Shown here piece by piece: positions 13,816 through 25,414 of a stretch of DNA of 64,000 bases (within the stretch, counting starts at the first letter, position 1; each line of letters starts with the position of its first letter). This DNA is from Hydrolagus colliei. Taxonomy: Eukaryota. The notes beneath the pieces are model-generated. The model was not told the DNA's origin. It ran no database searches and saw only the letters and a list, made by a program, of their open reading frames with translations. The position numbers and the translations under genes were made by a program. Location of the stretch: contig CM068759.1 of the NCBI GenBank assembly GCA_035084275.1, forward strand, positions 6,696,001-6,760,000, written 5' to 3'.

Positions 13816-14127
13816 CAACTTGCGTTTATATAGAGCTCTTCGCGTATTTGGAGTATTTCATAGGATTGCAGAGATATCAAGAGAGAATATTGTAACAATG
13901 TCCCACAAACAGTCATGGATTGAAGTGACCAATTCTTTTCTGAAGGAATTATTTCCCCCGGAAAAGTGCTCCGCCAATTGTCTCACAACCGAGTTTCTAC
14001 TAACTGTTAGGTAAATAGAGGCGTGTAAAGTAACGAAACTTGCCCAACATTTTGCCTCGGTGGAAATCAAACCCAAGTCTTTCACTTGTGAGGCGAGTGC
14101 TCTAACCACTGAGCTACAGAACTCTAC
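13816..14127 (-). mobile_element. tRNA-derived SINE (long variant)
   Basis: Head ctctaaccactgagctacag, with the internal ctgttaggtaaatagaggc segment. Confidence 0.8.
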
Positions 14128-14144
14128 GAATGTGGTTGTAGCTC

Positions 14145-14205
14145 TATATAGTGTATATAGTGTATATAGTGTATATAGTGTATATAGTGTATATAGTGTA
14201 TATAG
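14145..14205. repeat. 9-bp tandem repeat (tatatagtg)n, ~6.5 copies
   Basis: Directly visible. Confidence 0.95.
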
Positions 14206-15532
14206 TTATACTATAAACTATAGAAATAAGACAGAGGCACTTAAACCCCATCATTGTTATTCTTGTCTGACAGGTAACGGTACCAAACTTAATGGTGCAT
14301 CGGATAAAGGAGGACATCAACCAGAAGATGCGGAAGAGCAGATAAAGTCTTTCACCGGTGTGCTTAATTACTAAATTCTGTTCAGTTTGATTGTCTTGAT
14401 GTGTTTAATTGCACTCAGTATTTGGTATAGTGCCACTGGCTGACACTCCATGGCTGTGCTTGTGATATGCTGCCTTGTTGAGGGTGTGGTCCTTTCGATG
14501 AGACATTTAATGGATGTGGATGCTAAAATACCAGAAGCGAGTTTCTCTCCTGTCCTGGCCAACAATCCCCCGAAATAAAATTGGTCATTTACTACTCCAC
14601 GGCTGTTTGCGGGACATTGCTGTGTGCAAACTGCCGCCTTCCCCCCAAGACTCAGTCCCTGCAGTTTACAATACATCCTATAAAACGCTTAGGGTGGGAG
14701 AGTTATTAGAGCGACTTTCCTGACTTGAAAGTCGCTATATCTAATGCAAGGATTATTATCATTATTCATAATAGTATGCTTCACCCTGGAAGATTAGAGG
14801 AATCAAGCTTGCAGTCTTTATTATTTTAAGGAATACTGTTCCAGAAACACAAGACATCTAGCAATATAACAGCAATAATATGTTCAATACACTATCAAAC
14901 AATTGCAAATACCCACACAGTGCAAGGAGAGATCATATGTTCTGTGCTTTAATATAACACCTTTCCAGTAGCATGGTATCTTCCAAAGGGAAATACGGGA
15001 GCCCTTTACTTTGCTTGGCTTACTGCTAGACAGTGTGGTTAGTTGGTTTAGATAGATACGCAATGAAGGCAATTATAATGTCCACGTTAAGTAACACTGG
15101 GCATTAACATTCCTGTGCTGACTGTAAATAATCACCATCAAACCTGCTCCTTGAACCAAATCTTTGCGTTTGTCTTTGCTTTACAGAAAAGAGCTGATCT
15201 GAGGTTCTGTCCTGATTGTGCTTTGAAAAGGCAACAGTGAGAAGGCAACTGTTCAGCTCGGAATAAAGAACTCGCCCCAGGCTCAAAGTCAAAGTCTTGG
15301 TGGTAAAATATAAGTACACCCCCTGGTGTGACTCTTGCCTTCTGTCGATCTGTATGCAGTACAACAGGTGGGGAAGACAGATTATTTTCCTCCCTTTTCT
15401 GGGCGAAGAAAAATGTCACAAGTGTATTTTCAATGAATATTATTTTTAAAATGATTCTATTAAAACAAAACTGTGGTCTGATTGTTGAATTGGAAGATGG
15501 AGAACTGTAATGCAATTCACTGAGAGTATATA

Positions 15533-15573
<41 letters not shown>

Positions 15574-15670
15574 GTAAAAGATGAAACGCTTGCGACTGGC
15601 GTTAAACCACCCCACTATTCAAGGAATGGCCTGTGGTCCAGTGCCCGAAAGGACTTTCATTGCTTCTGTA

Positions 15671-15679
15671 TCAGGTTTC
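15671..15679 (+). promoter_or_regulatory. MEF3 (Six1/Six4) site upstream of TNNC2
   Basis: Exact TCAGGTTTC ~1.1 kb upstream of the putative TNNC2 ATG exon. Confidence 0.4.
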
Positions 15680-16509
15680 CTGGAGGTGAAAGGAACTCAC
15701 GCGGAAAATTAACGACTCTATTCTCAACCGCTTTGCAACTTCGTGGCTTTGCATTTTACATTTGAGGGAAGTCTCCTCGGTTTTCCTCGCCCCCCCCCCC
15801 CCTTCCTCCTCCTCCTCCTTCTTCCTCAACAACGTGAAATACTGTGTCTCAACACAGGGTAACAAGAAAAAAAACAGCTAACCATCCGATCAAGCCGTTG
15901 TTGTGTCCCATTATCCGCCTCAGATGGAGATATGATGGAGATAGAATAACAACTGGACAACAACACCAACGACTAGATTACACGAAGCTCCGTGTGAGAG
16001 TGTGTGCTGAATCTCAAACACAACAGGTCCATTTGGGCTCCCAATTTCCACTGTAGATGACTAGAAGTGGTTGGTACCACTTTACACGTTGTGGCTCAAA
16101 GGAATAATGTGTTTGTTTTTGGGGGTGGGGGCGTTTTGAAACCTGCATTCCATTGGATTAAAGACTGAGACGAACTCCAAACTAGACAGGGTTTCCTGGA
16201 GCTTTGGAGAGAAACAAGGAGACGGAGAGAGAAAGAGAGAGAGAAAGACAGAGAAAGAGACGATGGGACTATTTCCAAGTTAACTACCAACTGGAAACAA
16301 TTGGGATCAAGAAAGGAAAAGGTGGTAAACGACCCCCAAGGCGAGAACAAAGATCGAAAATGATTGGAAACCTGGTTGACGTCGAGTCGTTTGAGGCCAT
16401 TCCTGGGTGGATGTGAATCCTGGGTATGCGGTCGGTTCTATATCTGAACTATTTGGGATTCCGCTTGGAATGTGAACAAATGTGTGAGATTTTTTTGTGT
16501 GTCCCAGCC

Positions 16510-16761
16510 GTGGGGGTGGGGTGGGGGCATCTCATATGGTTGTAAAACGGGAGCATGTGAACCAATGGCGTCCCTCCCATTGGCTGTTTGCAAACAAGGC
16601 GAGAAGAGGCTGAGACCTCACTGGGTATTTAGCTAATTAAAGAAAATGGGGAAGGTTAAAAGCTGAGTAGGGCAAAATCCAGCTTCCTCGGAGGAGTTGT
16701 GGAAGACAAGCGTTTCATTGTAACCTGTACTCTGCGCCGGCCCCCCTATTAAGCCACCAAT
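16510..16761 (+). promoter_or_regulatory. Putative TNNC2 proximal promoter and 5' UTR
   Basis: GT/CACC box gggggtggggtggggg (16512-16527), E-boxes CATATG and CATGTG, CCAAT and ATTGG, and AT-rich ttaaaa ahead of the ATG|gt exon end. Confidence 0.45.
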
Positions 16762-16764
16762 ATG
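16762..16764 (+). CDS. TNNC2: Troponin C, fast skeletal: exon 1 (ATG only)
   Basis: ccaccaatATG|GTAAGC. Vertebrate TNNC2 exon 1 ends with the initiator ATG; it splices in phase 0 to 25357, giving MPMTEQQADAR. Confidence 0.6.
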
Positions 16765-17267
16765 GTAAGCAAAACGCCTTCACACTCACCTTCCAGATCT
16801 GTTGTCTCTCATAGGTTTCCAGTTCAAGGCTGTGTTCCTGGGATGGAACCATCCCGCAGGGCTTCGCGTGTGGGGGGGGTTTCCAAACAAACAACAAAAA
16901 AAACTTTGCTTTTGATCCATCTTTCCTCCTCCACCCCCCCCCCCCCCCCCCCACACACACTCCATCCGTTTACTGATCCAACCCCCACCCCCCCCCCCCC
17001 CACCCATCCTCCCACTTGTAAGGCTCTATCTGTATAAATGCAATTTTTTTTTTGGGTGGGGGATTATAATTTATAACGAAACGTATTTGGGATTATCTAA
17101 TCATTTCCATAAATCGTTTGGAATTGATAATAGAGTCCTGGCCTCCTCACGAGGTTTAAAGGCTGCTATTTATATAAAGCATTTTTCGGTGTTATTGTTG
17201 TTGTTGTCGCTGAACCACACAAGGTGTGAGTGATGTGTGACTAGAACAATGTGGATTGTCCCGAGTT

Positions 17268-17369
17268 GTTTGAGTCGCTGTGGTGTTTGAGTCGCTGTGG
17301 TGTTTGAGTCGCTGTGGTGTTTGAGTCGCTGTGGTGTTTGAGTCGCTGTGGTGTTTGAGTCGCTGTGGT
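17268..17369. repeat. 17-bp minisatellite (gtttgagtcgctgtggt) x6, perfect
   Basis: Six identical head-to-tail units with no spacers. Confidence 0.95.
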
Positions 17370-17961
17370 GCAAACCGAAATGGAATTTAACAGCTTTGTT
17401 ATATCGAGAGAAAAAAAGACGATCCCAAAGGATGATTCGCTGTGTGTATATATCTGTATAAGGTTGATCAAAAAAATGGTGATACGATGATATCCATTAC
17501 ATCTTATGGTATGTATTTCATTACATTGGTGCCGTGGTATACGTTGGTACACCATTAACCTTGGGTTATGTATTTGACTGTGAGTGTTAAAAAGAATGAT
17601 GATTTTAGATAATCGGGCGAATTTGTGGTCACCCCTGTGTATTGTGAATTATTTCAGTGTGTGGGGGGGGGGGGACACACGATTCAGTCAAGTGTATGGA
17701 ATGTCTTTCTGTGTTCTTCCACGAGTTCTGCTGCAAGTTCTTTAAATGGACATCAGCTCCATCGAGGAGCAGAAACAGCCTCGAGATGCTTGAGTTGCGT
17801 TTGATGGGTCGAGTTTCAACGAAGCCTTCGTATAATCTGCTTGAGCGAAACTTGCTTGGGAAATGCGTCCTGCGTTTCGAACACAGCGAACGGACAATAC
17901 ATCACAGAGGACGAGGTTTTGTTTTTCAATATATCTACGTATATATTGAAATGTGTGTATT

Positions 17962-18058
17962 ATACATACACACACTCATACATACACACACTCATACATA
18001 CACACACTCATACATACACACACTCATACATACACACACTCATACACACATATACATA
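17962..18058. repeat. 16-bp tandem repeat (catacatacacacact)n, ~5-6 copies
   Basis: Directly visible. Confidence 0.9.
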
Positions 18059-18417
18059 CAAAAGCAATGTAGCACCTGTTATTACAGTCTTAAGAAAGAA
18101 AGTTTAGTCAAGTATTTTAACGCACGTTGACAGAGATTGATAGTGACATCTATCGGACCCTAATTTACACCACAGAAGGGGGAAAATGCCTTCAGAGTGA
18201 TTGTACAGCAACTGTACACCAGGTTTCTACAATTAAAAAAAACAATGAATGTTCAACTGCAAGAAAAAATGAAGGTGGAAAAACCCCTCAATGTTAAGAG
18301 ATTCAAAAGAAAGCGACTGTTTGTCTAGTTTGTGTTCCCCCTGTGGTGTGCAGTAAACCCGGCTCCCAGCGCACACACTCCTGCGGTCTCAGTGTGCGAG
18401 AGGGAGCGGCTGGGATG

Positions 18418-18489
18418 CATAAAAAGGCGCAGATTCGGAGTAAAAATAGAACCGAATGCTGTACGTGGGCACTTACGAGGCGCATTCCT
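18418..18489 (+). promoter_or_regulatory. Candidate muscle enhancer in TNNC2 intron 1
   Basis: CArG-like CATAAAAAGG (18418-18427), MEF2-like GTAAAAATAG (18440-18449) and MCAT/TEAD CATTCCT (18483-18489) within 72 bp. Confidence 0.4.
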
Positions 18490-18606
18490 CGGGACTAGGG
18501 TTTCTTATATTAAGGACCGGCTCAAACGGGAGCTTTCCCCCCACACCGCAGACCTTTAATGGATGAAATACCACGAGGAAAAGACTGCCCAGCCCACACC
18601 CTCCAT

Positions 18607-18830
18607 CAATAATATAATATATAATAATCCTTGCATTTGATATAGCGCTTTCCGCATCTTATCGACGTCCCAAAGCGCTTCACAGAATAGACTGTAACGT
18701 GTATTGACTGTATATATTTGTGGGCGAATGGCGGCAGCCAATTGCGCACAGCAGTGTCCCACACGCAGTCGTGGATTGAAATGACCAATTTTATTATTGT
18801 GGGTTTTTTTTGTAGGGATTATTATTGATG
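18607..18830 (-). mobile_element. SINE (head missing)
   Basis: ccttgcatttgatatagcgc...ggcagccaattgcgcacagcagtgtccc...gaaatgacc. Confidence 0.85.
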
Positions 18831-18920
18831 ATTCCCTCTGCTGTAGCTCCCCCATCTGATCCAGGTCTCTCATTGGGAAGTACATTCACTTCACAATGTC
18901 CAGTTACTCCCCACACACGT

Positions 18921-19240
18921 GGAGTAATCCTGTAGCTCAGTGGTTAGAGCACTAGCCTTACAAGCTTGAAGCCAGTGTTTCGAATCCAGGCAGGTCAGGG
19001 CAAAACCTTAGGCAAGTTTCCTTACTCCACATGCCTGATAATAATCCGTCCCAAAAAAAACACTATAAAAATTTGTCATTTCAATCCAGGACTGTTTGTG
19101 GAACACTGCCGTGCACAATTGTCTGCAGTGTTTTGCCTACATATATACAGTCAATTCACTTTACAGTATATCCTGTGAAGCGCTTTGAGACGTCTAGAAG
19201 ACGTGAAAAGTGCGATTATCAAATGCGAGGATGATTATTA
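18921..19240 (+). mobile_element. tRNA-derived SINE, full length
   Basis: cctgtagctcagtggttagagcact...gttcgaatcc-like B box...gtgaagcgctttgagacgtctagaagacgtgaaaag. Confidence 0.9.
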
Positions 19241-19599
19241 TACACGTTTTGTTCACAGGGTGCAACTGACCAACAAATGAAACATGGGGAAGAATGACAG
19301 TTGCATTTATACTTAACCGTATTCAGAACAAGTGTATAAGTGTGTTTAGCTGTCTGGGTCAATCTGTCGTCATGTTCGTTGTTGCATCTTGTGTGACATG
19401 GATGGAGGGAGTTACTGGTGTCAGACACTGTTGCATTGGACTCATTTGCAACAGAGAATTTTAAAAAATCATGGTATGAGAAAAAAAAACATGGGAGGTG
19501 GGGGCATAATAGGACTTTGTGAGTACCAGGTACTTGTTTGAATGTTGTCAATTCTTTACAGAGGGTACACTTGTCAGAACTCTCCTTAAAGAATTGCTT

Positions 19600-19790
19600 A
19601 GAATCATGGATTTATGCAGCACATAAGGAGGACATTTGGCCCATCCTGTTGGTGCCTGGTCTTTGAAACAACTGTCCAAATGAATCCTGCTCCCACATTG
19701 CTCTGCAAACTTGTCCTCCCCAAATACCTATCTACTTCTCTCTTAAACGTTGTCATACGATCAGCTTCCAGCATCCTTGAAGAAATATAT
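19600..19790 (-). mobile_element. CR1-type LINE 3' fragment
   Basis: Minus-strand translation includes MLEADRMTTFKREVDRYLG, the CR1 ORF2 C-terminal FKxxLD motif. Confidence 0.65.
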
Positions 19791-20964
19791 CGATCAAGGA
19801 ACCAACCAGCACCAAATATCATCGATATTTTGGATGAAAAATGTTTCTGGCGGATATTTAGGCAGTTATAATGACAGACAGGGCGTGAAGTGAAATTAAC
19901 AGTAGGCTTTTAGTAGCTAACATGTATCTTAAGATATGCTGATTACTTTAAACGTTCTCTCTGGTAATTGAAACCTCCAGGGCATGAGAATCCAAGGCGG
20001 CCTAACTACCCCTATTTGGAAAAGGATAATGCATCCAGTTAAAAATATCTGATGTTTGCTTCCAACTAAAGCAGCCTCTGCTTTGCCAAGCAGTTGCTTC
20101 TATGATATTTACTAGCTCTCAAGTCACTTCTGACCTGACGAATGATGTGGTCCCGGAACTATTCGGGATCAAAGGGAACTATTCTTTTAAAAAGTAACTT
20201 TATAGTATATGATGTGAAGTGCTTTGAGATGTCTTGGTGCTATATCAAATGCAAGGCTTATTATTTTATTATTGTTGTTGAAATTAATTCTCCTCTCAAC
20301 CCCCCCACGCCCCCTCCATTATTGGCATTATTGAATGATTTCCTCAAATAAAATACACTTTTGTCTTTGTCCTCTCCCTCCTCAAAATATTAGCCAACAG
20401 CTAACACCTGCAACACTATTGGCCAAGGTTAGGGACTTTCTCCTCCTGTCTTTGCCAGGAATCATAACAGAAATCAGTCATGGTCTTCATGACTATTTCT
20501 GTCTTATTATTCTATCCCAAATTACGCAACGACTGCACTTTACAGCAATTACAGTAAAGCTACGCAAAGCTCTTCAAGATGTGTTGAGGCTGTAGGTGTT
20601 AATATCAAATGCAAGGCTTTTAATATTATGCTACAAATATTACCAAAATATATTCATACCGCATCTGCCAATACAGTATAGTTTAATCTAAGGAAGGGCC
20701 AATATTCAAAACCTAAAATATATTTCAATGGTGATTCATCTCATCAATAGTAAAATTCCTTGTATTGGAGGAATCACATAATCACCTCGTTGAAACCTCG
20801 TGTCTCAAATGTGCTTCATGTGATTTGAGGTTAAGTGTAGTGACTATCCTTTGGTAACCCAGGCATCAAACCGCAAACCATCTGACTTTTATTGTAAATC
20901 GTCATAATTTTAAATATATAAAGTTTCAAGCAATCAGCATATCTTGAGATACACATTATGATAA

Positions 20965-21247
20965 GTGGAGTCCTGTAGCTCAGTGGTTAGGGAGCTGGGT
21001 TTAATTCCGAGCAGGTCAGGGCTCACGCAATTTTCCTTGCTCCACATGCCTGATAATAATCCCTCAAAAAAAAAAAAATTTGGTCACTCAGTCCATGACT
21101 TTGTGGGACACTGCTGTGCGCAATTGGCTGCTGCGTTCCACCGACAAATATACAGCCAACTCACTTTACAGTATATACCGTGAAGCGCTTTGAGACGTCT
21201 AGAAAACGTGAAAAGCGCTATATCAAATGCAAGGATTATTACTATTA
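20965..21247 (+). mobile_element. tRNA-derived SINE with internal deletion in the head
   Basis: gtggagtcctgtagctcagtggttag...gggacactgctgtgcgcaattggctgc...gcgctatatcaaatgcaaggattatt. Confidence 0.9.
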
Positions 21248-24109
21248 GCTATTGTAATATTGATAGTCAGTGAGAATGGAGCTCTGCCTACTGAGGAAGG
21301 CTGGCATCTAATGACTGATAATCTATTCAATGGACTCCCATGGCTGACCTAAGGGAGTCTTGGATTGATGGGTCTTCACCCGGATGTTTTCACCTCATTC
21401 TCCTGCCCTCTGGTCAGCTCAGCCTAAAATGACTTGGCTGAGGGATGTGCTCTCTGATTTGCTAGCCCAGAGAACCGACGTCAGCTGAAGGCTCGAGGTA
21501 AATTTACAGGCAAAGGCACAATTTATACTTTTGCTGCCGTCGAAGTCAGGAGTAGAGGTTGTCACTTAAAAAAAAAAGAGAGCCGAGGTAAGAAAATAGT
21601 TATGTGTGCTTGCATCCAACGATTTCACGTTTGGTCGGTCTGTCCACCGCTGGCAGTCAGTTGAGGATGGAAACCAATGAATGAATAATAATACTCTGAT
21701 TGATAGTCCTACCAATAGACTGTGTTATGTGTATGTAGCTCGTAACTAGTGTCTTGGGGATCATTTTAGTGACATGTCCTCGGCATGTCCTCAACACATT
21801 AGCTACTTATAGCAAATCCTTCCTCGACCAAATATTCGACCAAAGATTTGCACTGGACAACACTGATTCCAGGACAAATATCTAGATCATTTATTTATAC
21901 CCCCTTTTTTTTGTTTTTGCCCAGTTACCTGTATTTTTCTCACGGGTCTCTGTCTGCCCTTGGCAGAGCTCAGGGGCTGTATTTCGGTTGTAACGAAATC
22001 GTCACGCTGTTCTCGGGAAAGGGGGAAAATAAGTGTAACGGGAGTTTTTATTTGTACTATAAAATTAGCCTCTGGGAGATCACGTTACTGGGATCTGTCA
22101 TTGCAGGTCACCGACCTCCCTGTCCCCAAAACAGCGTCGCAGCCTTTTTGGCACGAACATAAAATGCACTTTGTTAAGTGAACGCGTTAAAATACGCAGT
22201 TGGGATGAATGAGCGCCCACCTCGAATATTGTTAGTCAATGATTAATCCGGATCGTGCCGTCCCCGGGACCCTGTTACTAATATTTATTCCGATTATCTA
22301 AAGCTAATGCCTCCCTCCCCGCCGAGCTGCTGTTTTCCTTTGCTTTTTTTTGCACCTGTGCGTTTTCGAACAGTTAAATCTGTGCGTTAATTAAACAGTG
22401 TTTGGGTTCAGTGCCTTGTCAAGAGGTCGAGTCCAGCCACACAGGTTGGGGAGTCAGTCCACTGAACTGGGGGCTTTGGGCAGGTTGTGGAGATTTCAGT
22501 GACTCACCGGTCACCATCACGGGTGGTCTTGGGGACGGGGTGAGAGGAACAGAGTGGAGAAAGAAAGAAGGAGGGAAAGTGGGGAGAATGAAAGGGGGGG
22601 GGGGGGGAGAGAAGGGAGATGAGCGAAGAGACTGACACCAGGTCTAACTAACTACACGTGGATTCAACTCCTTGGTACTTTCTTTGAGCAGAGGCTAAGG
22701 TTACTCACTAGCTGGGCGTTGGAGTCGCCCAGGACGCCAGGCTGGTTGCATAAGGAAACAGTAATAGCCTCAGCAAGGCAGGAGACACAGCATCTCCTTA
22801 AATGGTTACCAAGATGTACTTAACTGCCAACTTTGAGTTTGCAATTCAGCAGCTCAGTCGATATGCCAACCTAACTTATTTTCTTTCTTAATTATTAAAA
22901 AAAAGCCCCTTAGTTATAAAAACATTTCCCCCTCTACTTTCTCGCATTATCCGAATCCGCTCTGATTTACACCTTGATTTGAACAGCCGGACTGCACTGC
23001 GCCACTTTGTAGTAGAGTCTTTGGCTCGGATCCAGAAGTGAAGTTTCAGAGTATTTTAGTTAGAGTTGGGGGCGGGTTGTGAGACGCTCCCCTGTTTATT
23101 TTTACCTTCCTCTACCTCCCACGTTAGAATTAACCTTTGACTTTCACAGATCTTACTTTGGAAACATCGCCAACGGAATGATTTGAAAGAATTGCCCGAG
23201 AACTATTTCGCCACAAACAGCTACAGTCACTCCCATTTTAGAGTAAACTCGTGTGCAGCCGTATTGGGACATCTCGGCGATGGGATATGGCTCTGTATTA
23301 TCAAATGCAATTATTTAATTATTAGTATTAATTAAAAACAAATTAACTCCTAGTCCAACGAACCTGTCACTTTGGGATTACCTTTGCTGGGTGCAGATAA
23401 TGATCATTTTTGCCACCAGTACTTTATCCACAAAGAATAATACCTCGAGGTATTCTAAAATTGCATTTCAATTGTGTGCAATAATAATTATTAATCCTTT
23501 CATTTGATATGTCGCCTTATCGGGTCGTTGACAAGAATCTATTGTAAAGTGAATTGACTGTACATTTTGTGGTTAAAACACCGATTAAGTTAGTAAACTG
23601 CCTTTGTGAAGGGGGGGAAAAAATCCAAACTGATCTTTCAAACCAGGTTATCTTCAGAATTTGTGGTTTTAGAGTATGGGAGTCACAACAGAGTGAGGGA
23701 CCAGGCAAACAGATTGCCTTATTAGGGCCCAATACACAGTGCAGTCTAAAAAACAAACATCTTCGATTAATTGCAGAATTTCTTTATCACCTTCTGACAT
23801 CCTCACTTATTTGACCAATTTTATTTGTTGACCAGGACACTTGGAGAACCCCCCCCCCCCCCTCCCTCTCTCCTTTTGAGGAGTTCCATGGGATCCTTCA
23901 CATCCACCCGAATGTCCTTTCTGATGTCCCATTGCTATTTCCAGACTTGTTTGGACCTTGGTGGTTTCCTGCACCATGAGGCACAGTTTCCCAATGGACA
24001 AAAAAACAGTGTTGATATTACTGTAATACAGTATTACTAACATTGCAACGCCTCGAGTCATATCATTGCAGATGTAAATCTGCAGGAGAGGAGTAATATT
24101 AATATGATT

Positions 24110-24416
24110 AATAATAATCCTTGCATTTGATAAGGCACTTTAGCACATCTTAGAGACGTCTCGAAGCGCTTCACAGATATTTTGAGGATGAAACGTGGGA
24201 ACCAATTGCGCACAGCATTGTCCCACAAGCCAATTAATTAGTATTATTTTGAAGGAGTTATTGCCCCCTCCCCCACCCCAGGTTCCTACTGATTGCTGGG
24301 TTAAACAGAGGTGTGTGGAGTACGGAAACTTTTCTAACACTTCACCTTGCCTGGAATCAAACCCGGGTCTCTCGTTTGCGAGGCGAGTGCTCTAACCACT
24401 GAGCTGCAGGATTCCT
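24110..24416 (-). mobile_element. tRNA-derived SINE (long variant)
   Basis: Tail ccttgcatttgat and head gtgctctaaccactgagctgcagg. Confidence 0.85.
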
Positions 24417-24749
24417 TATGCAGAATCCTAGTGCAGAGCTACCGAAGCAGTAAGTCTCAGTAAAGTAGCAGCAAACACATGTTTTACAGTGGGTAGGGGG
24501 GGAACGTGGGGACTTTGACGCCTGCGTTTTCACCTACAAACCACATTACGTGACCCACGCATATTAAGGAAGGGGTTAGAGCCAGAAATATCAAGGAAAT
24601 AGAAACAAACTGAAGACATCCCCCTCTCCCCATCCGAACACTCAGCCCCTCCATACTAAACCCTTCTCATCCGTATTTCAAGCCACGCTTGTCCGAATGT
24701 GGGGGAAAAACACACACTCGCACTGGTACTGGACAAGGATTATTATTAA

Positions 24750-25089
24750 CTAGCTATACCCCTGCGTAACATACGCGGCCTAGTGTTTTTTAACACATTT
24801 AATCATATATTTCAAAACTTTCTTTAACTAATGTATGTGTTGTTTACAAAAAAAAGGTTGAGCTTTAATCACTGGGTTGTTTTTCTTTGTTTTCTGTTTT
24901 TTAAGCTGTATTGGTTTTTGTTTTCCCTTTAGAAGTTCATTGTTACAATTGTGGAAACATACCTAAGGCTTTTATGTATAGATAGAAGATAGATTTGACA
25001 CAGTGCCATCTGCGGCAGGAGGACACAGTTGCGGAAACCTAAGGCTTTTATATATATATATATATATATCATCTACACATATATATAGA
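24750..25089 (-). mobile_element. Non-autonomous Helitron
   Basis: On the minus strand it begins A|TCTATATAT and ends with a GCGTA-tgt-TACGC hairpin followed by CTAG|T. Inserted at an AT dinucleotide without a TSD. Confidence 0.7.
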
Positions 25090-25356
25090 TATTATTATTA
25101 CTCACTAACATCATTATGACAGTAATCAGGTTGAAACAAAGCCTGGATTGATGTGAATCTGCAGTCTGCAGCGATGGTTCTAATAACGTGTAAAGGTGAG
25201 TCGGGCGTGTATTCAGTGACAATACACGCGAATAGTCTGTAGAGTCTACCGTGTGTTAAAGTTCTGTGGATCTGCCTGTTACTGTGTGTGTGTGTGTGTG
25301 TGTTTGTGTGTGCTCTCCTGTACTTCATCCTCTGTATCTTGTCCTTCTCATTGCAG

Positions 25357-25414
25357 CCAATGACAGAACAACAAGCGGACGCGAGGTCTTTCCTCAGTGA
25401 GGAAATGATCGCCG
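25357..25414 (+). CDS. TNNC2: Troponin C exon 2 (PMTEQQADARSFLSEEMIA)
   Basis: Matches TNNC2 N-helix TDQQAEARSYLSEEMIA. Acceptor ttgcAG, donor G|GTAAGT. In-frame ATG at 25360 is an alternative start. Confidence 0.93.

Noticed and set aside
17268-17369. CRISPR-like regular repeat
   Set aside because: Units are contiguous with no unique spacers, there are no cas genes, and the context is eukaryotic. It is a minisatellite.
18921-19000. tRNA gene (A and B boxes); likewise at 2028, 20965, 53334 and the minus-strand copies
   Set aside because: No complete cloverleaf or acceptor stem; each continues into a SINE body and tail.
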